DNA of 64,000 nt, from assembly GCA_963668675.2 (NCBI GenBank), contig CAXXMB010000001.1:512001-576000 (forward strand). The letters run 5' to 3'. The DNA comes from an uncultured Desulfatitalea sp. Its GTDB lineage: Bacteria; Desulfobacterota; Desulfobacteria; Desulfobacterales; Desulfosarcinaceae. How positions within the stretch are numbered: position 1 is the stretch's first letter; the number at the start of each line of letters is the position of its first letter. Position numbers and translations under genes: made by a program. Under the pieces are notes generated by a model. It was not told the DNA's origin and did no database searches. It was given only the letters and a program-made list of their open reading frames with translations. Positions 54,602 to 64,000 of the stretch are shown piece after piece.

Positions 54602-55381
54602 ATGAAGATGACGATTGAAATTGAGAAGCTGACTAAGATCTATCGAAAGGGGCTGCGTAATAGCAGGCCGGCCGTGAGTAATCTGAGCCTGAAAATAAAT
54701 ACCGGGGAAGTTTTCGGTTTCCTTGGCCCCAACGGGGCTGGGAAAAGCACGGTAATTAAAATACTGATGGATTTTATCCGGCCAACCTCCGGATCCGTGA
54801 AAATTAAAGGGAATTCGGTCGTGGTTCCTAACACGCGCAAACATATCGGATATCTTCCGGAAAACCCATTTTTTTACGACCACCTCACCGCTGAAGAACT
54901 TCTATCTTTCGGCGGCAGGGCTGTAAACATGGATAAAAAGAAGATCGGCGACCGGATCGATGAGTTGCTTGAGCGTTTAAATCTTTCACATGTTAAAAAG
55001 CAGCGACTTAGAACTTATTCAAAGGGAATGGTCCAGAGGACCGGGCTGGCGCTTGCGTTGATTCACGATCCAGAGATTTGTATTCTGGACGAACCTATGA
55101 GCGGTCTGGATCCATTGGGTCGTCGCTTGGTAGCCGATTTGATTGTGGATATGTGCAACAACGGCCAAACCGTCTTTTTCAGCTCACATATTCTAAGCGA
55201 CATTGAAAGGGTTTGCGATCGTGCGGGCATCCTAAACCGTGGACAACTGCTCTACTGCGGCGATGTGAAAGCGTTGTCATCCACGGCAGGTGACTTGGAA
55301 CTGGCATTTGTTGAAATGATCGAAAAGGATGAGAGGAATAGCGATGAAGCAGATCTGGCTACTGAGCAGAATTACATTTAA
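54602..55381 (+). CDS. ABC transporter ATP-binding protein (pilin-associated, Xap-like)
   Basis: GPNGAGKST, YSKGM, LDEP.SGLDP. Confidence 0.9.
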   Translation: MKMTIEIEKLTKIYRKGLRNSRPAVSNLSLKINTGEVFGFLGPNGAGKSTVIKILMDFIRPTSGSVKIKGNSVVVPNTRKHIGYLPENPFFYDHLTAEELLSFGGRAVNMDKKKIGDRIDELLERLNLSHVKKQRLRTYSKGMVQRTGLALALIHDPEICILDEPMSGLDPLGRRLVADLIVDMCNNGQTVFFSSHILSDIERVCDRAGILNRGQLLYCGDVKALSSTAGDLELAFVEMIEKDERNSDEADLATEQNYI

Positions 55382-56147
55382 AGAGGGTGTTCGCAATCGT
55401 ATCCTGCTTGGGATCCTTCTGGTGGCTGTCCTTTTTTCTGCTTTTAACATTATCTTTACGCAGATGTTTGCCCATGACCTGAGCAAAGTTTCTGTGGACC
55501 TCGGTCTTTCCACAGTCTCCCTGTCCGGGTTGGCGGTGATTTTTTTCATGGGTATTAACCTGCTTGCCAGGGATTTCGAAAAGAGGACGATCTATACGAT
55601 TCTTTCAAGGCCTATCGCTAGATGGCAATACGTGTTAGGTAAATTCAGCGGTCTGATGTTGATGGTCGGCACAGCCGTAGCCATCCTCGGGGTATTTTCC
55701 GCTGCGAGCGTAAAGATCACGATGATGATCTCTCCAGCTTACATCCCGCCAGACTATTCATGGGGCATCTTTGCGTTGTCCATTGTCTTCAGCTACCTTA
55801 GCTTGATGATATTGACAGCGCTGGCGCAGTTGTTCACTTGCCTAACCACCAGTTCCTATATTGCGCTTTTAATTACGGCATGTACCTATTTCATTGGGCA
55901 CAACGTGGAACTCGTTCGCAAAGCATTGGTTGAAACCAGCGATGTGAGCCCATTATATGCTTTTTTAATAAAAACGGTTACCTGGATATTCCCCAATTTG
56001 CAGGCGTTCGACATGAAAACGTCCGCCGGTTACGGGCTCCCCCTTGAAACCGGGACGCTCATTTGGACAGCGATTTACGGCATCAGTTACATCGCGATAA
56101 TCCTTGTTTTGACCGTTTCTGTTTTTCAGCGCCGGGAGCTCTCATGA
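55344..56147 (+). CDS. ABC-2 type permease
   Basis: Six TM segments; KRTIYTILSRPI.R..Y.LGK, F.RREL. Confidence 0.85.
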   Translation: MKQIWLLSRITFKEGVRNRILLGILLVAVLFSAFNIIFTQMFAHDLSKVSVDLGLSTVSLSGLAVIFFMGINLLARDFEKRTIYTILSRPIARWQYVLGKFSGLMLMVGTAVAILGVFSAASVKITMMISPAYIPPDYSWGIFALSIVFSYLSLMILTALAQLFTCLTTSSYIALLITACTYFIGHNVELVRKALVETSDVSPLYAFLIKTVTWIFPNLQAFDMKTSAGYGLPLETGTLIWTAIYGISYIAIILVLTVSVFQRRELS

Positions 56148-56968
56148 AGACAAAGAGTGTGGTGGTTTTCATTTCAGCTTTAGCCTTTTTTTTGGCGTTG
56201 CATACATTGGCCCGATCGAGAGTCGATGCACACCGCTCCGACTACAAATTCCAGTTGCATGCGGCAGCACTCCCACTGCCGAACGAAATTCTTAGGATTC
56301 TAAGTGTAGAGTTCAAAGGTATGGTCGCCAACTATCTGCTGCTGGAGTCGGCTAGTTTTATTGGTAGTTCCCAGTCAAAGGACGCAACCGCAAAAGAGTG
56401 GGAGTCCGTTGCGCGGCTGCTGGATCAGAGCAGCCTCCTGGATCCTTACTTCAAGAATACTTACCGTCTCGCACAATCCATACTTCCGTGGGAAGCTAAA
56501 CTGTATGATGAAACTCTGAAAATTCTTGAAAGAAGCAAACGCCACATTACCTGGGATTGGGAGCCTGGTTTTTTTATCGGCTTTGATTATTACTTCTTCT
56601 TAGGGGATAGTTTGACCGCCTCCAAAGAATTGATGGAAGCATCCGAGATAAAGCATGCACCAGCCCTTCTGGCTACCCTGGCCGCACGTTTGGCTGTGAG
56701 AGTCGGTCAGACGAAAACAGCTATCGCGTTTTTGAGTGCGCTCTACGAAAAGACGGACGATGAGCCTCGTAAAGAGGCTATCAAGGAGCGAATATTGGCT
56801 CTCAGGGGGGTCGAGTTACTGCAATCAGCCATAACAAACTTTGAGAGAAGCTACGGGCGTTTGCCTGACTCGCTCGAAGAACTGGTCGATAAATCGATCC
56901 TTTCCGAAATTCCTCCTAACCCATACGGCCGGCCTTATACACTGAAGGATGGTGCGATCGAATTTTAA
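56144..56968 (+). CDS. Pilin-locus TPR-like protein
   Basis: N-terminal TM; LDPYF, W...F..GF.Y.F.L; C-terminal G.LP.SL.ELV...IP.NPYG. Confidence 0.65.
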   Translation: MKTKSVVVFISALAFFLALHTLARSRVDAHRSDYKFQLHAAALPLPNEILRILSVEFKGMVANYLLLESASFIGSSQSKDATAKEWESVARLLDQSSLLDPYFKNTYRLAQSILPWEAKLYDETLKILERSKRHITWDWEPGFFIGFDYYFFLGDSLTASKELMEASEIKHAPALLATLAARLAVRVGQTKTAIAFLSALYEKTDDEPRKEAIKERILALRGVELLQSAITNFERSYGRLPDSLEELVDKSILSEIPPNPYGRPYTLKDGAIEF

Positions 56969-57169
56969 ACGGGAAGGGTTTGAGAATCATCATTGCCCAA
57001 TTCCTGCTTCGAATCCGCCAAGATCGGTTAGTCAACTGCAATTATTTCAATCAAGCTATTGCCCCTGTGGAACAATACGAGGTATCTGGTAATTGGTTGA
57101 ACATCTAAACGGCGTAATCGACTCGGCGCTTCGCTATGGTGGGAACGTATCTATCACTTCAGGGGGATC

Positions 57170-58099
57170 ATGATAAAGAGCAGGATATCGATTATTATTC
57201 CAGTCTTCAACGAAAAAGCTTCGCTCTGCTCGCTGATTCATGGAATCAAGAAGTTGGACATCTTCGACCAAGTGATACTTGTCGATGACGGATCAGCAGA
57301 TGATTGCAGGCCAATGGCTTCTGAGTATGACATTCTGGTTGTCCGTCATCCCTACAACAAAGGCAACGGTGCGGCAGTTAAGTCCGGTATCCGTGCGGCA
57401 AATGGTGAAATGCTCGTGTTCATGGACGGCGACGGACAGCACGCCCCCTCTGATGTCCCCAAACTGTTGTCTCATCTTGATCACTACGACATGGTGGTCG
57501 GGGCACGTGATAATATGCAGCAAGCCTCCCGGGCAAGGGCATTGATGAATCACATTTATAACCGACTCGCATCGTATGTGACCGGTTTCCCGGTTCAAGA
57601 CCTCACATCCGGCTTCCGGGTTATGCGTGCCCAAACGGCAAGGGAACTTCTGCCGCTTCTTCCGAATGGCTACTCATGGCCCACCACATCCACGCTGGTG
57701 TTGCTGAGAACAGGATTGAGTGTGAAATTTGTACCCATTAACTTGAGGCAACGAGAGCATGGACGAAGCAGAATCCGGCCACTGTACGATGGTTTGCGAT
57801 TCTTCATGATTATTTTGAAAATTTGTACGTTATATGCTCCTTTTAGGGTTTTTTTACCTGTTTCTGCTGGCATGTTTTTCATAGGACTTATCAACTATGC
57901 CTATACTTTCTTTACGGAGGGGCGTTTCACAAACATGAGCGCCTTGATGTTCACTGCCTCGGTGCTCGTGTTTATGATGGGATTGATCTCTGAACAGATC
58001 AGCCAGATCAGCCTCTTAAAATGCCAGATAGAGCCTTCTGAGAAACAAAAGAAGCAGGATACGATGAAGGATTACCATGACGCTGCCGATCGGTTTTAA
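57170..58099 (+). CDS. Glycosyltransferase family 2
   Basis: IIIPVFNE, VDDGS, MDGDGQH, DLTSGFR; two C-terminal TM segments. Confidence 0.9.
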   Translation: MIKSRISIIIPVFNEKASLCSLIHGIKKLDIFDQVILVDDGSADDCRPMASEYDILVVRHPYNKGNGAAVKSGIRAANGEMLVFMDGDGQHAPSDVPKLLSHLDHYDMVVGARDNMQQASRARALMNHIYNRLASYVTGFPVQDLTSGFRVMRAQTARELLPLLPNGYSWPTTSTLVLLRTGLSVKFVPINLRQREHGRSRIRPLYDGLRFFMIILKICTLYAPFRVFLPVSAGMFFIGLINYAYTFFTEGRFTNMSALMFTASVLVFMMGLISEQISQISLLKCQIEPSEKQKKQDTMKDYHDAADRF

Positions 58100-58101
58100 A
58101 G

Positions 58102-59310
58102 ATGTGGCTTCTTGTTTTAACGACATCGTTTCCCTCCAAAGCACATCCTACCAGTGGTATTTTTATCCAGAGATTGCTGACCAACTTACCAAAGTATATT
58201 CATATAACTGTTCTTTCGCCGGCCCACGAACGAACACTGGGTTTATCAACTCAAACAATTAAATTTCAGTACAGCCAGTTTCGGTATGCGCCACAACGAT
58301 GGCAACGATTGGCGAATAGTCCCGGGGGTATTCCTGGCTCTTTAAAAGAGAAACCATGGAGATGGGGATTGGTACCGCTATTTGGTGCTGCCATGTTTTG
58401 TCAAACCTTTCGCTATGTCAGGAAGGCCGAGCTGATCCATGCCCATTGGTCCTTTTCAGGTATCATTGCAGGGATGGTGGGCCGGCTATGCAACCTGCCG
58501 TCTATTACGACACTACGTGGTAGTGATGTTCGTTGGGCTTCAAAAAATATATTATTCAAAACCATCATTAGGTGGTGTGTTAAAATGAATCAACAAGTCG
58601 TAACGGTAGGTGAGGATTTAGCGGATCAAGTACGTCATTTGGTTCCGGATCACCGGAAGAGAATTAAGGTTATACCCAACGGCGTGGATAAAAAATTCTG
58701 GTCAATTCAAAAAGAGGCCACATTTGTGAGTTCTATCACAGTAATTGGCAATCTAATCGCTTCTAAACAGGTGGATGTGGTCATTCGCGCTTTTGAGGCA
58801 CTCATCGATTTGGATAACCGACTTCGGCTGGTAATCATCGGTGCTGGCCCGGAGATGAAGAGGCTTAGTGCGTTGGCACATCATTTAGCCATAGGCGAGC
58901 GAGTTGTGTTTACAGGGCAAATACCTCCTAATGAGGTGGCCGAACAACTTTCGCGGAGCAGTATGCTAGTGTTGGCTAGCAAAAGTGAGGGGCGTCCCAA
59001 TGTGGTGTTGGAAGCTATGGCTGCTGGTGTCCCTGTAGTGGCCAGTGATATTGGTGGTGTGCGAGAGTTGATTGGGAATAATGAGCGTGGACTCCTTTTC
59101 CCTGTGGGAGATGCTGGGAAATTGGCTGAGCGTATAAAAAGTATAGTTGTCAATCCTGATTTTGGAAGTTGCATAGCTATGCGTGCATCCCAATGGCTTC
59201 GAGAACAAGACTTGAGCTGGGAACGCACAGCCCAGCGATATTCAGAGCTTTATCATCAAGTGATCGCTGAATACAGCCGACGCAAAGGAAGACGGGGATG
59301 TGCGGAATAA
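58102..59310 (+). CDS. Glycosyltransferase family 4
   Basis: HAHW, IPNGVD, EGRPNVVLEAMA.G.PVV. Confidence 0.9.
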   Translation: MWLLVLTTSFPSKAHPTSGIFIQRLLTNLPKYIHITVLSPAHERTLGLSTQTIKFQYSQFRYAPQRWQRLANSPGGIPGSLKEKPWRWGLVPLFGAAMFCQTFRYVRKAELIHAHWSFSGIIAGMVGRLCNLPSITTLRGSDVRWASKNILFKTIIRWCVKMNQQVVTVGEDLADQVRHLVPDHRKRIKVIPNGVDKKFWSIQKEATFVSSITVIGNLIASKQVDVVIRAFEALIDLDNRLRLVIIGAGPEMKRLSALAHHLAIGERVVFTGQIPPNEVAEQLSRSSMLVLASKSEGRPNVVLEAMAAGVPVVASDIGGVRELIGNNERGLLFPVGDAGKLAERIKSIVVNPDFGSCIAMRASQWLREQDLSWERTAQRYSELYHQVIAEYSRRKGRRGCAE

Positions 59311-61157
59311 GTTTCGCCTTCAGACCTGATCTTGAACTGAAGCGGCTACAAGAGTTGATGAAGCGGTCGGTCTCTTTGCTTGCCCATCGGGGGCCGGACG
59401 GAAGCGGACAGGCGGGGGGCGATCCTTGGGCCATGGGCAACAGGAGGCTTTCTATCATTGACCTGCCGGGAAGTGCGCAACCCCTTTCCGACAGCAGTGG
59501 ACGCCATTGTCTTACCTACAATGGCGAGCTGTATAACTATAAGGAGTTGAAAAGGCAGCTCGAAGACCGCTGGGATTTCCGTACCGAGGGTGATACGGAG
59601 GTGGTGCTGGCCGGTTTGGTGATCTACGGTGACGCATTTCTTCAGTTGATGGAGGGGATGTGGGCACTGGCACTGTGGGATTTCCATGAGAAGGAGCTGT
59701 TGCTGGTCCGTGATCGTATGGGCAAGCGGCCGCTCTATTATCAGACGGATCCGAGACGCTTTGCGTGTGCCTCCGAATTGCCGGCTTTAAGACCTCTTTC
59801 ATGGTTCGCCTGGCAGGAGGATCCCCGAAGTACTGTCGATTATCTGCGCTACGGCTACTATCTGCCGGGCACGACCGCCTACAGATCGGTTCGCGAGGTG
59901 CTGCCTGGGCATTGGCTGCGTTGGTCCCCCGGCCGAGGCACATGCCAGCAAGCTTATTGGCATATCCAACCGGGCGGTTTCCGCGGCACCCATCGCCAGG
60001 CGTGCGATATGCTGCGAACCGCGATGGTGGATAGTGTCCGGCATCGCCTCGTGGCCGATGTGGAGGTGGGGGCGCTGCTATCGGGTGGTGTCGACTCTTC
60101 CCTTGTGGCATCCATCGCCACCCAAGTCCTGGGCAGAGAGCTGAAAACCTTTTCCATGGGGTTTGACGAACCCAGCTATGACGAACGTCCCCATGCGCGC
60201 AGAATGGCACGCTATTGCCGGACCGACCATTTTGACGATTGCTTGACGCTCGAGGGCATTAAAGGTCAGATCGAAAATGTGCTTGCCTGGACCGGGCAAC
60301 CGTTTGCGGACGGTTCGATTTTGCCGACCTACGCGGTCTGCGGCCTTGCGGCCGGGTACGTCAAAGTGGCCCTGTCGGGGGATGGCGGCGACGAACTCTT
60401 TGGCGGATATCAGCGTTATCTGGCGCGTGCCTTGCTGCGTTGGTATACGCGGTTGCCAAATGTGGTCAGGGGGGGAGCAAGAAAGCTGATCTCCTCTTTT
60501 CCGGAACCGGGTGCCCATCACAGTGCCAGTCTGCTAAAGAAGGCGCACCTCTTTCTGGATGTGGCCGATCGTCAGGCCAATGAGTGGCCATACGTTGCAC
60601 CCACCTGCTACGCGCTAAACGATCTGCAGTCCCTTGTCCCCGACATATGGCGAATGGGGCACCCGCCTCCCGGGATTCCGGAAGCGACGGCCATGACGGA
60701 TCTGGAGCGTATGATGACGGCCGATGCGGTCGTCTATATGCCACAGGACATTCTGGCCAAAGTGGATCGGGCCGGTATGGCTCACTCCTTGGAGGTGCGT
60801 GCACCGTTTCTCGATCGACGGGTGGTCGAGCTGGCCTTTTCGCTGCCTGGGCGTTGGCACCGGAGCGGATTGAGCGGAAAGCGCATGCTGTCCGGCAGCT
60901 TCAGAGACCTGCTGCCCGAATGGACATGGCGGCGGCCAAAGCATGGATTTGGCATACCGGTGCACCGCTGGTTTCGATCCGGTCTCCAGGAGCGGTTGGC
61001 GCGACTGCTCGAACAAACGCCCCAGCCGCTAAACGGAAAGAGGGTTCGACAGATGGTGGCCGAGCATCTGTCCGGGCGGCGCGACCACGGACAGCGGCTT
61101 TGGCAACTCCTTATTTACCTGCTGTGGCGGGCGGATCGATCATGGCAAATATCCTGA
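59298..61157 (+). CDS. asnB: Asparagine synthase-like amidotransferase (glutamine-hydrolysing)
   Basis: MCGI, HRGPD, YNGELYN, LSGGVDSS, SGDGGDELFGGY. Confidence 0.9.
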   Translation: MCGISFAFRPDLELKRLQELMKRSVSLLAHRGPDGSGQAGGDPWAMGNRRLSIIDLPGSAQPLSDSSGRHCLTYNGELYNYKELKRQLEDRWDFRTEGDTEVVLAGLVIYGDAFLQLMEGMWALALWDFHEKELLLVRDRMGKRPLYYQTDPRRFACASELPALRPLSWFAWQEDPRSTVDYLRYGYYLPGTTAYRSVREVLPGHWLRWSPGRGTCQQAYWHIQPGGFRGTHRQACDMLRTAMVDSVRHRLVADVEVGALLSGGVDSSLVASIATQVLGRELKTFSMGFDEPSYDERPHARRMARYCRTDHFDDCLTLEGIKGQIENVLAWTGQPFADGSILPTYAVCGLAAGYVKVALSGDGGDELFGGYQRYLARALLRWYTRLPNVVRGGARKLISSFPEPGAHHSASLLKKAHLFLDVADRQANEWPYVAPTCYALNDLQSLVPDIWRMGHPPPGIPEATAMTDLERMMTADAVVYMPQDILAKVDRAGMAHSLEVRAPFLDRRVVELAFSLPGRWHRSGLSGKRMLSGSFRDLLPEWTWRRPKHGFGIPVHRWFRSGLQERLARLLEQTPQPLNGKRVRQMVAEHLSGRRDHGQRLWQLLIYLLWRADRSWQIS

Positions 61158-62251
61158 CATGCTACTACCGTCCCAAGCCGGGAGGGTTGTGCAGACGTCT
61201 GTTTCGCGCAATGCGTGCCGCTCTGGAGAGGGGACACACGGTCCACTACCTGGCGATCGAGCCCTTTCCCATCGACCATCCCAACTGTATATTCCATCGA
61301 TTTCCCTGGCCGAGGAGATATGGCGACACGCTGCTGTTTTGGTCCTTCTTCATTTTACTGTCGCCTTTCTGTTTGCTTTTTATTGCGGTTGCTAACCGCG
61401 TGACACACGCTTTTGCATTTGGTACGGCCTACTCATTCTGCATGCAGCCCTTGAGATGGGTGAAGGGTATCGGACTGACCTGCTTTTTGCGCGGCGATGC
61501 TGTGGTGAACCACAAACTGCGTCAACATCCCGCCTGGATCGCAGGCGTGGAAAAGATCTTTGAAGGTATGGGTATTAAGGGTGTGCACCTGGTGGCGGTG
61601 GCAGTCCACCTTATAACGTCTGTCCGGAGCCGTCACCCCCGAATGGCGCCAGGGAAATGTTCGGTTTTGCCCAATGACATTTCGGATGATTCACCGACGG
61701 GTGAAAGGGAGCATCATGCACCCTTGCATCTCGCAATGGTCGGCATGATCGAGCCAAGAAAGAATAACATTTTTGCGTTGGAAATATTGCAGAAATTGAA
61801 GGGGAGGCAATGGCATCTCTGGATTTATGGCGAAGGTCCCGATGTTGATAAATTGGTAGCCTGCGCCAAGGAGTCCGGTCTTTGCGACCGGATCTCCTTC
61901 GTGGGGTGGCAGGACCCGGCCAACATATGGCCCCATATCGATCTGCTGATCTTCCCCTCCTTGCATGAGGGCATGCCAAATGCCGTTCTGGAGGCCATCG
62001 CCAGCCATGTGGCGGTTATAGCCAGCGATATTCAGGCGCATCGCGATATTTTGTCACCTAAGCAACTGTTTTCTTTGGCCGATCCGGAAGCATGGCAACG
62101 CGTTCTTGAAAAAGTGATCGATGCCCCCGGGAGCATGTTGAAGCAGATGCGGCATCAACAGGCGCAATGTGCTGCTCGACTGGCTTTCGACTGGGAAGAA
62201 GAAGTGGTCCGTCTGATCGTTTCCGACGACGCCAATGGGTCAGTAAGCTAA
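61142..62251 (+). CDS. Glycosyltransferase family 4
   Basis: VG.I..RKN, PS.HEGMPNAVLEA, SDI..H; start at MANIL. Confidence 0.85.
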   Translation: MANILTCYYRPKPGGLCRRLFRAMRAALERGHTVHYLAIEPFPIDHPNCIFHRFPWPRRYGDTLLFWSFFILLSPFCLLFIAVANRVTHAFAFGTAYSFCMQPLRWVKGIGLTCFLRGDAVVNHKLRQHPAWIAGVEKIFEGMGIKGVHLVAVAVHLITSVRSRHPRMAPGKCSVLPNDISDDSPTGEREHHAPLHLAMVGMIEPRKNNIFALEILQKLKGRQWHLWIYGEGPDVDKLVACAKESGLCDRISFVGWQDPANIWPHIDLLIFPSLHEGMPNAVLEAIASHVAVIASDIQAHRDILSPKQLFSLADPEAWQRVLEKVIDAPGSMLKQMRHQQAQCAARLAFDWEEEVVRLIVSDDANGSVS

Positions 62252-62586
62252 CATATATGAAACTTGACTATTACCTGGATTTATTATATTTTCACCATAC
62301 CCTATAAACTGAACTCACTCCCCGGAACACCATGGCACAAATCGGGGATAGTCACTCATAGGAGCGTAGCGAAACAGAGGTACTCCCAATGATTCTGGTT
62401 TCCACTATTCGTATAAACGGTTGATGCGCCTGAAAAGCGCCAAAGCGTGAACCAAAACATGAACCGATGGATACAATTAGAGATATGATCGAAGCGTGAT
62501 CAGCTGTTGGTGCGGCTTGCATCGAATTGCAGTTCATGAGAGGCATGTGACGTTACCGGCCTTCACTAATAGGGGATAGACTTGAG

Positions 62587-64000
62587 ATGACCGAATCGAA
62601 ATCGAAAAGTGGCCCCTCTTTGCTGCCATATCTGGAAAGCACCCGTGGGGGAATTCATATCGATATCCCCGCCATACGGATACCATCCCAAGCGCAAACC
62701 TCCGACTCCATCCCCATAGAATCCACAGGCCCATTCGCGATGGCTTATGAGGGCACCATTTCTACGGGAGCTGAGGCGGGTCTCGCAAATCTCTTTCTTC
62801 TGTTTCAGCCGGACAACTACCCGCCGGTATCGGCTGAGCTCGACCCGATGACCAATGTTCACGTGGAGCAATTGTGGCAGACAGCGTTCCAAAGGAGCAG
62901 TGTGCAGGCCGCCGGAACTTTCCAGTCGGCGTTGAGAGAGCAGGTCGACGACCAGGGCCGGCTTTTGCAACTGCGTCCCCTTTTTCACTGCACCCATCGA
63001 AATCGCTGGTGCCATCCGCTCTGTCCCCACTGCGGAGAGGGCTTGACCTTGTGCTGCGACGATCAGTTGCTCAAAGACGCGGGTTTGCCGGAATACACCA
63101 GTTCGCTGGATCGTTTTCTCTACTGCCCTTCCTGCGCTGCCGGACAAACGGACGGCGCCGTTTTCTATGCCCGCGAACTTCCAGGCACATCCACGGCGCA
63201 TGTACAAGATTGCAATCAATTGATGGAAGGGTTCAGCCGCCTGCTCGCAGGGAAAGGTGCGGCTGAAGAACTCCCTTGTGTGGGATGCGCTGAATCGACC
63301 AATTGTTACGGGCCCAAGACACTCGTTCTCGATCGCATGCGAGCGCTCTTTTTCTATCCTTTTCATCTGCTTTTTATGCCTTCGCCCTCGATGAATCTCA
63401 TAGAATTTTCGGCGTTGTTGTCCGGTCAAAAAAGGGAGGAGATCCTCGCGCGACTGCAACAACAGGCAAAACCCGGAAGGGCAGGGCACTTAAAGCAGAT
63501 GGGGGCTGATTTTTTCTCATCAGAAAACCTGCTTTTTAGGGAGGATGAACGCTGTTTTCTCGAGGTGCTCTATCTCAAGCTGACCCTTCTCGAAGATCTC
63601 TACGCGCTTATTCCTTTGGAAAAGGGTCAGATTTCAGAACCGGTGGGCAGAATGTCCCTTGAGAGTATCTGGGTGGATCTGCCAGTACGAAGCGCCCACC
63701 TTCCTCTTTTCTGGAATTTTTCACTGCGCTTGATCGATCCGGTCGGGCAACCGGACAGAACGATGTCAGGCAACATGGTGCCTTTGAGGCGCAAGCTCCA
63801 TTTCTTAGGAGCGGCTTGGTGTAATGTGCTGCTTACCGGCGGCGGCCAGGGCATGGCATCGATTCGGGCGGCGGTTGACAAACTGATTCAATATTCAGAC
63901 CTTATCCAACAGGCTGAGGCTGCCGGCCTGGAGGAGATCGATCCGGTCTTCAATCCACAACATCTTACGGCGGGTGCCAATGACGTCTCGATCGATCCTC
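62587..64000 (+). CDS. Cys-motif hypothetical protein, 3'-partial (not in ORF track)
   Basis: Frame MTESKSKSGPSLLPYL... with C.H...C.PLCPHCG, YCPSC and PCVGC motifs; appears to run off the window end. Confidence 0.7.
   Translation, partial: MTESKSKSGPSLLPYLESTRGGIHIDIPAIRIPSQAQTSDSIPIESTGPFAMAYEGTISTGAEAGLANLFLLFQPDNYPPVSAELDPMTNVHVEQLWQTAFQRSSVQAAGTFQSALREQVDDQGRLLQLRPLFHCTHRNRWCHPLCPHCGEGLTLCCDDQLLKDAGLPEYTSSLDRFLYCPSCAAGQTDGAVFYARELPGTSTAHVQDCNQLMEGFSRLLAGKGAAEELPCVGCAESTNCYGPKTLVLDRMRALFFYPFHLLFMPSPSMNLIEFSALLSGQKREEILARLQQQAKPGRAGHLKQMGADFFSSENLLFREDERCFLEVLYLKLTLLEDLYALIPLEKGQISEPVGRMSLESIWVDLPVRSAHLPLFWNFSLRLIDPVGQPDRTMSGNMVPLRRKLHFLGAAWCNVLLTGGGQGMASIRAAVDKLIQYSDLIQQAEAAGLEEIDPVFNPQHLTAGANDVSIDP

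Noticed and set aside
60584..61141. N-terminal extension of the 555-aa glycosyltransferase ORF
   Set aside because: It overlaps asnB out of frame; the real start is most likely ATG 61142.

Overview
This window looks like a Desulfobacterales-type (deltaproteobacterial) chromosome segment; that taxonomy is inferred from gene content only. (1) 1-25 kb is the end of an exopolysaccharide/PEP-CTERM locus: FemAB-like GNAT, SGNH hydrolase, sxtIJK-like carbamoyltransferase trio, exosortase, priming glycosyltransferase, four PEP-CTERM proteins, two VanZ proteins and rfbBAC. It carries three sigma54 promoters, a c-di-GMP-I riboswitch and two micro-proteins that share a GLFGNRRFIK tail. (2) 25-37.5 kb is a mobile and toxin-antitoxin hotspot. 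An IS110/IS1111-type element has inserted into a 9-bp GT-rich tandem repeat, and its putative bridge/seek RNA carries guide-like matches to both that repeat and its own circle junction. That RNA is split by an IS3 element. The region also has an IS5 inside a hepT gene, three MNT-HepT modules whose toxins are all broken, vapBC, rlmD and a Sat-CysC fusion with a degenerate sulfurylase domain. (3) 37.5-53 kb is mostly housekeeping: cysQ, galE, acnA, tRNA-Sec, larC, pgpA, lepB, pyrBC. (4) 53-64 kb holds pilR, a sigma54-driven type IV pilin, an xap-like ABC system and glycosylation genes. Nested REP/MITE-like palindromes fill many intergenic regions. All calls come from reading motifs by eye; no database searches were run.
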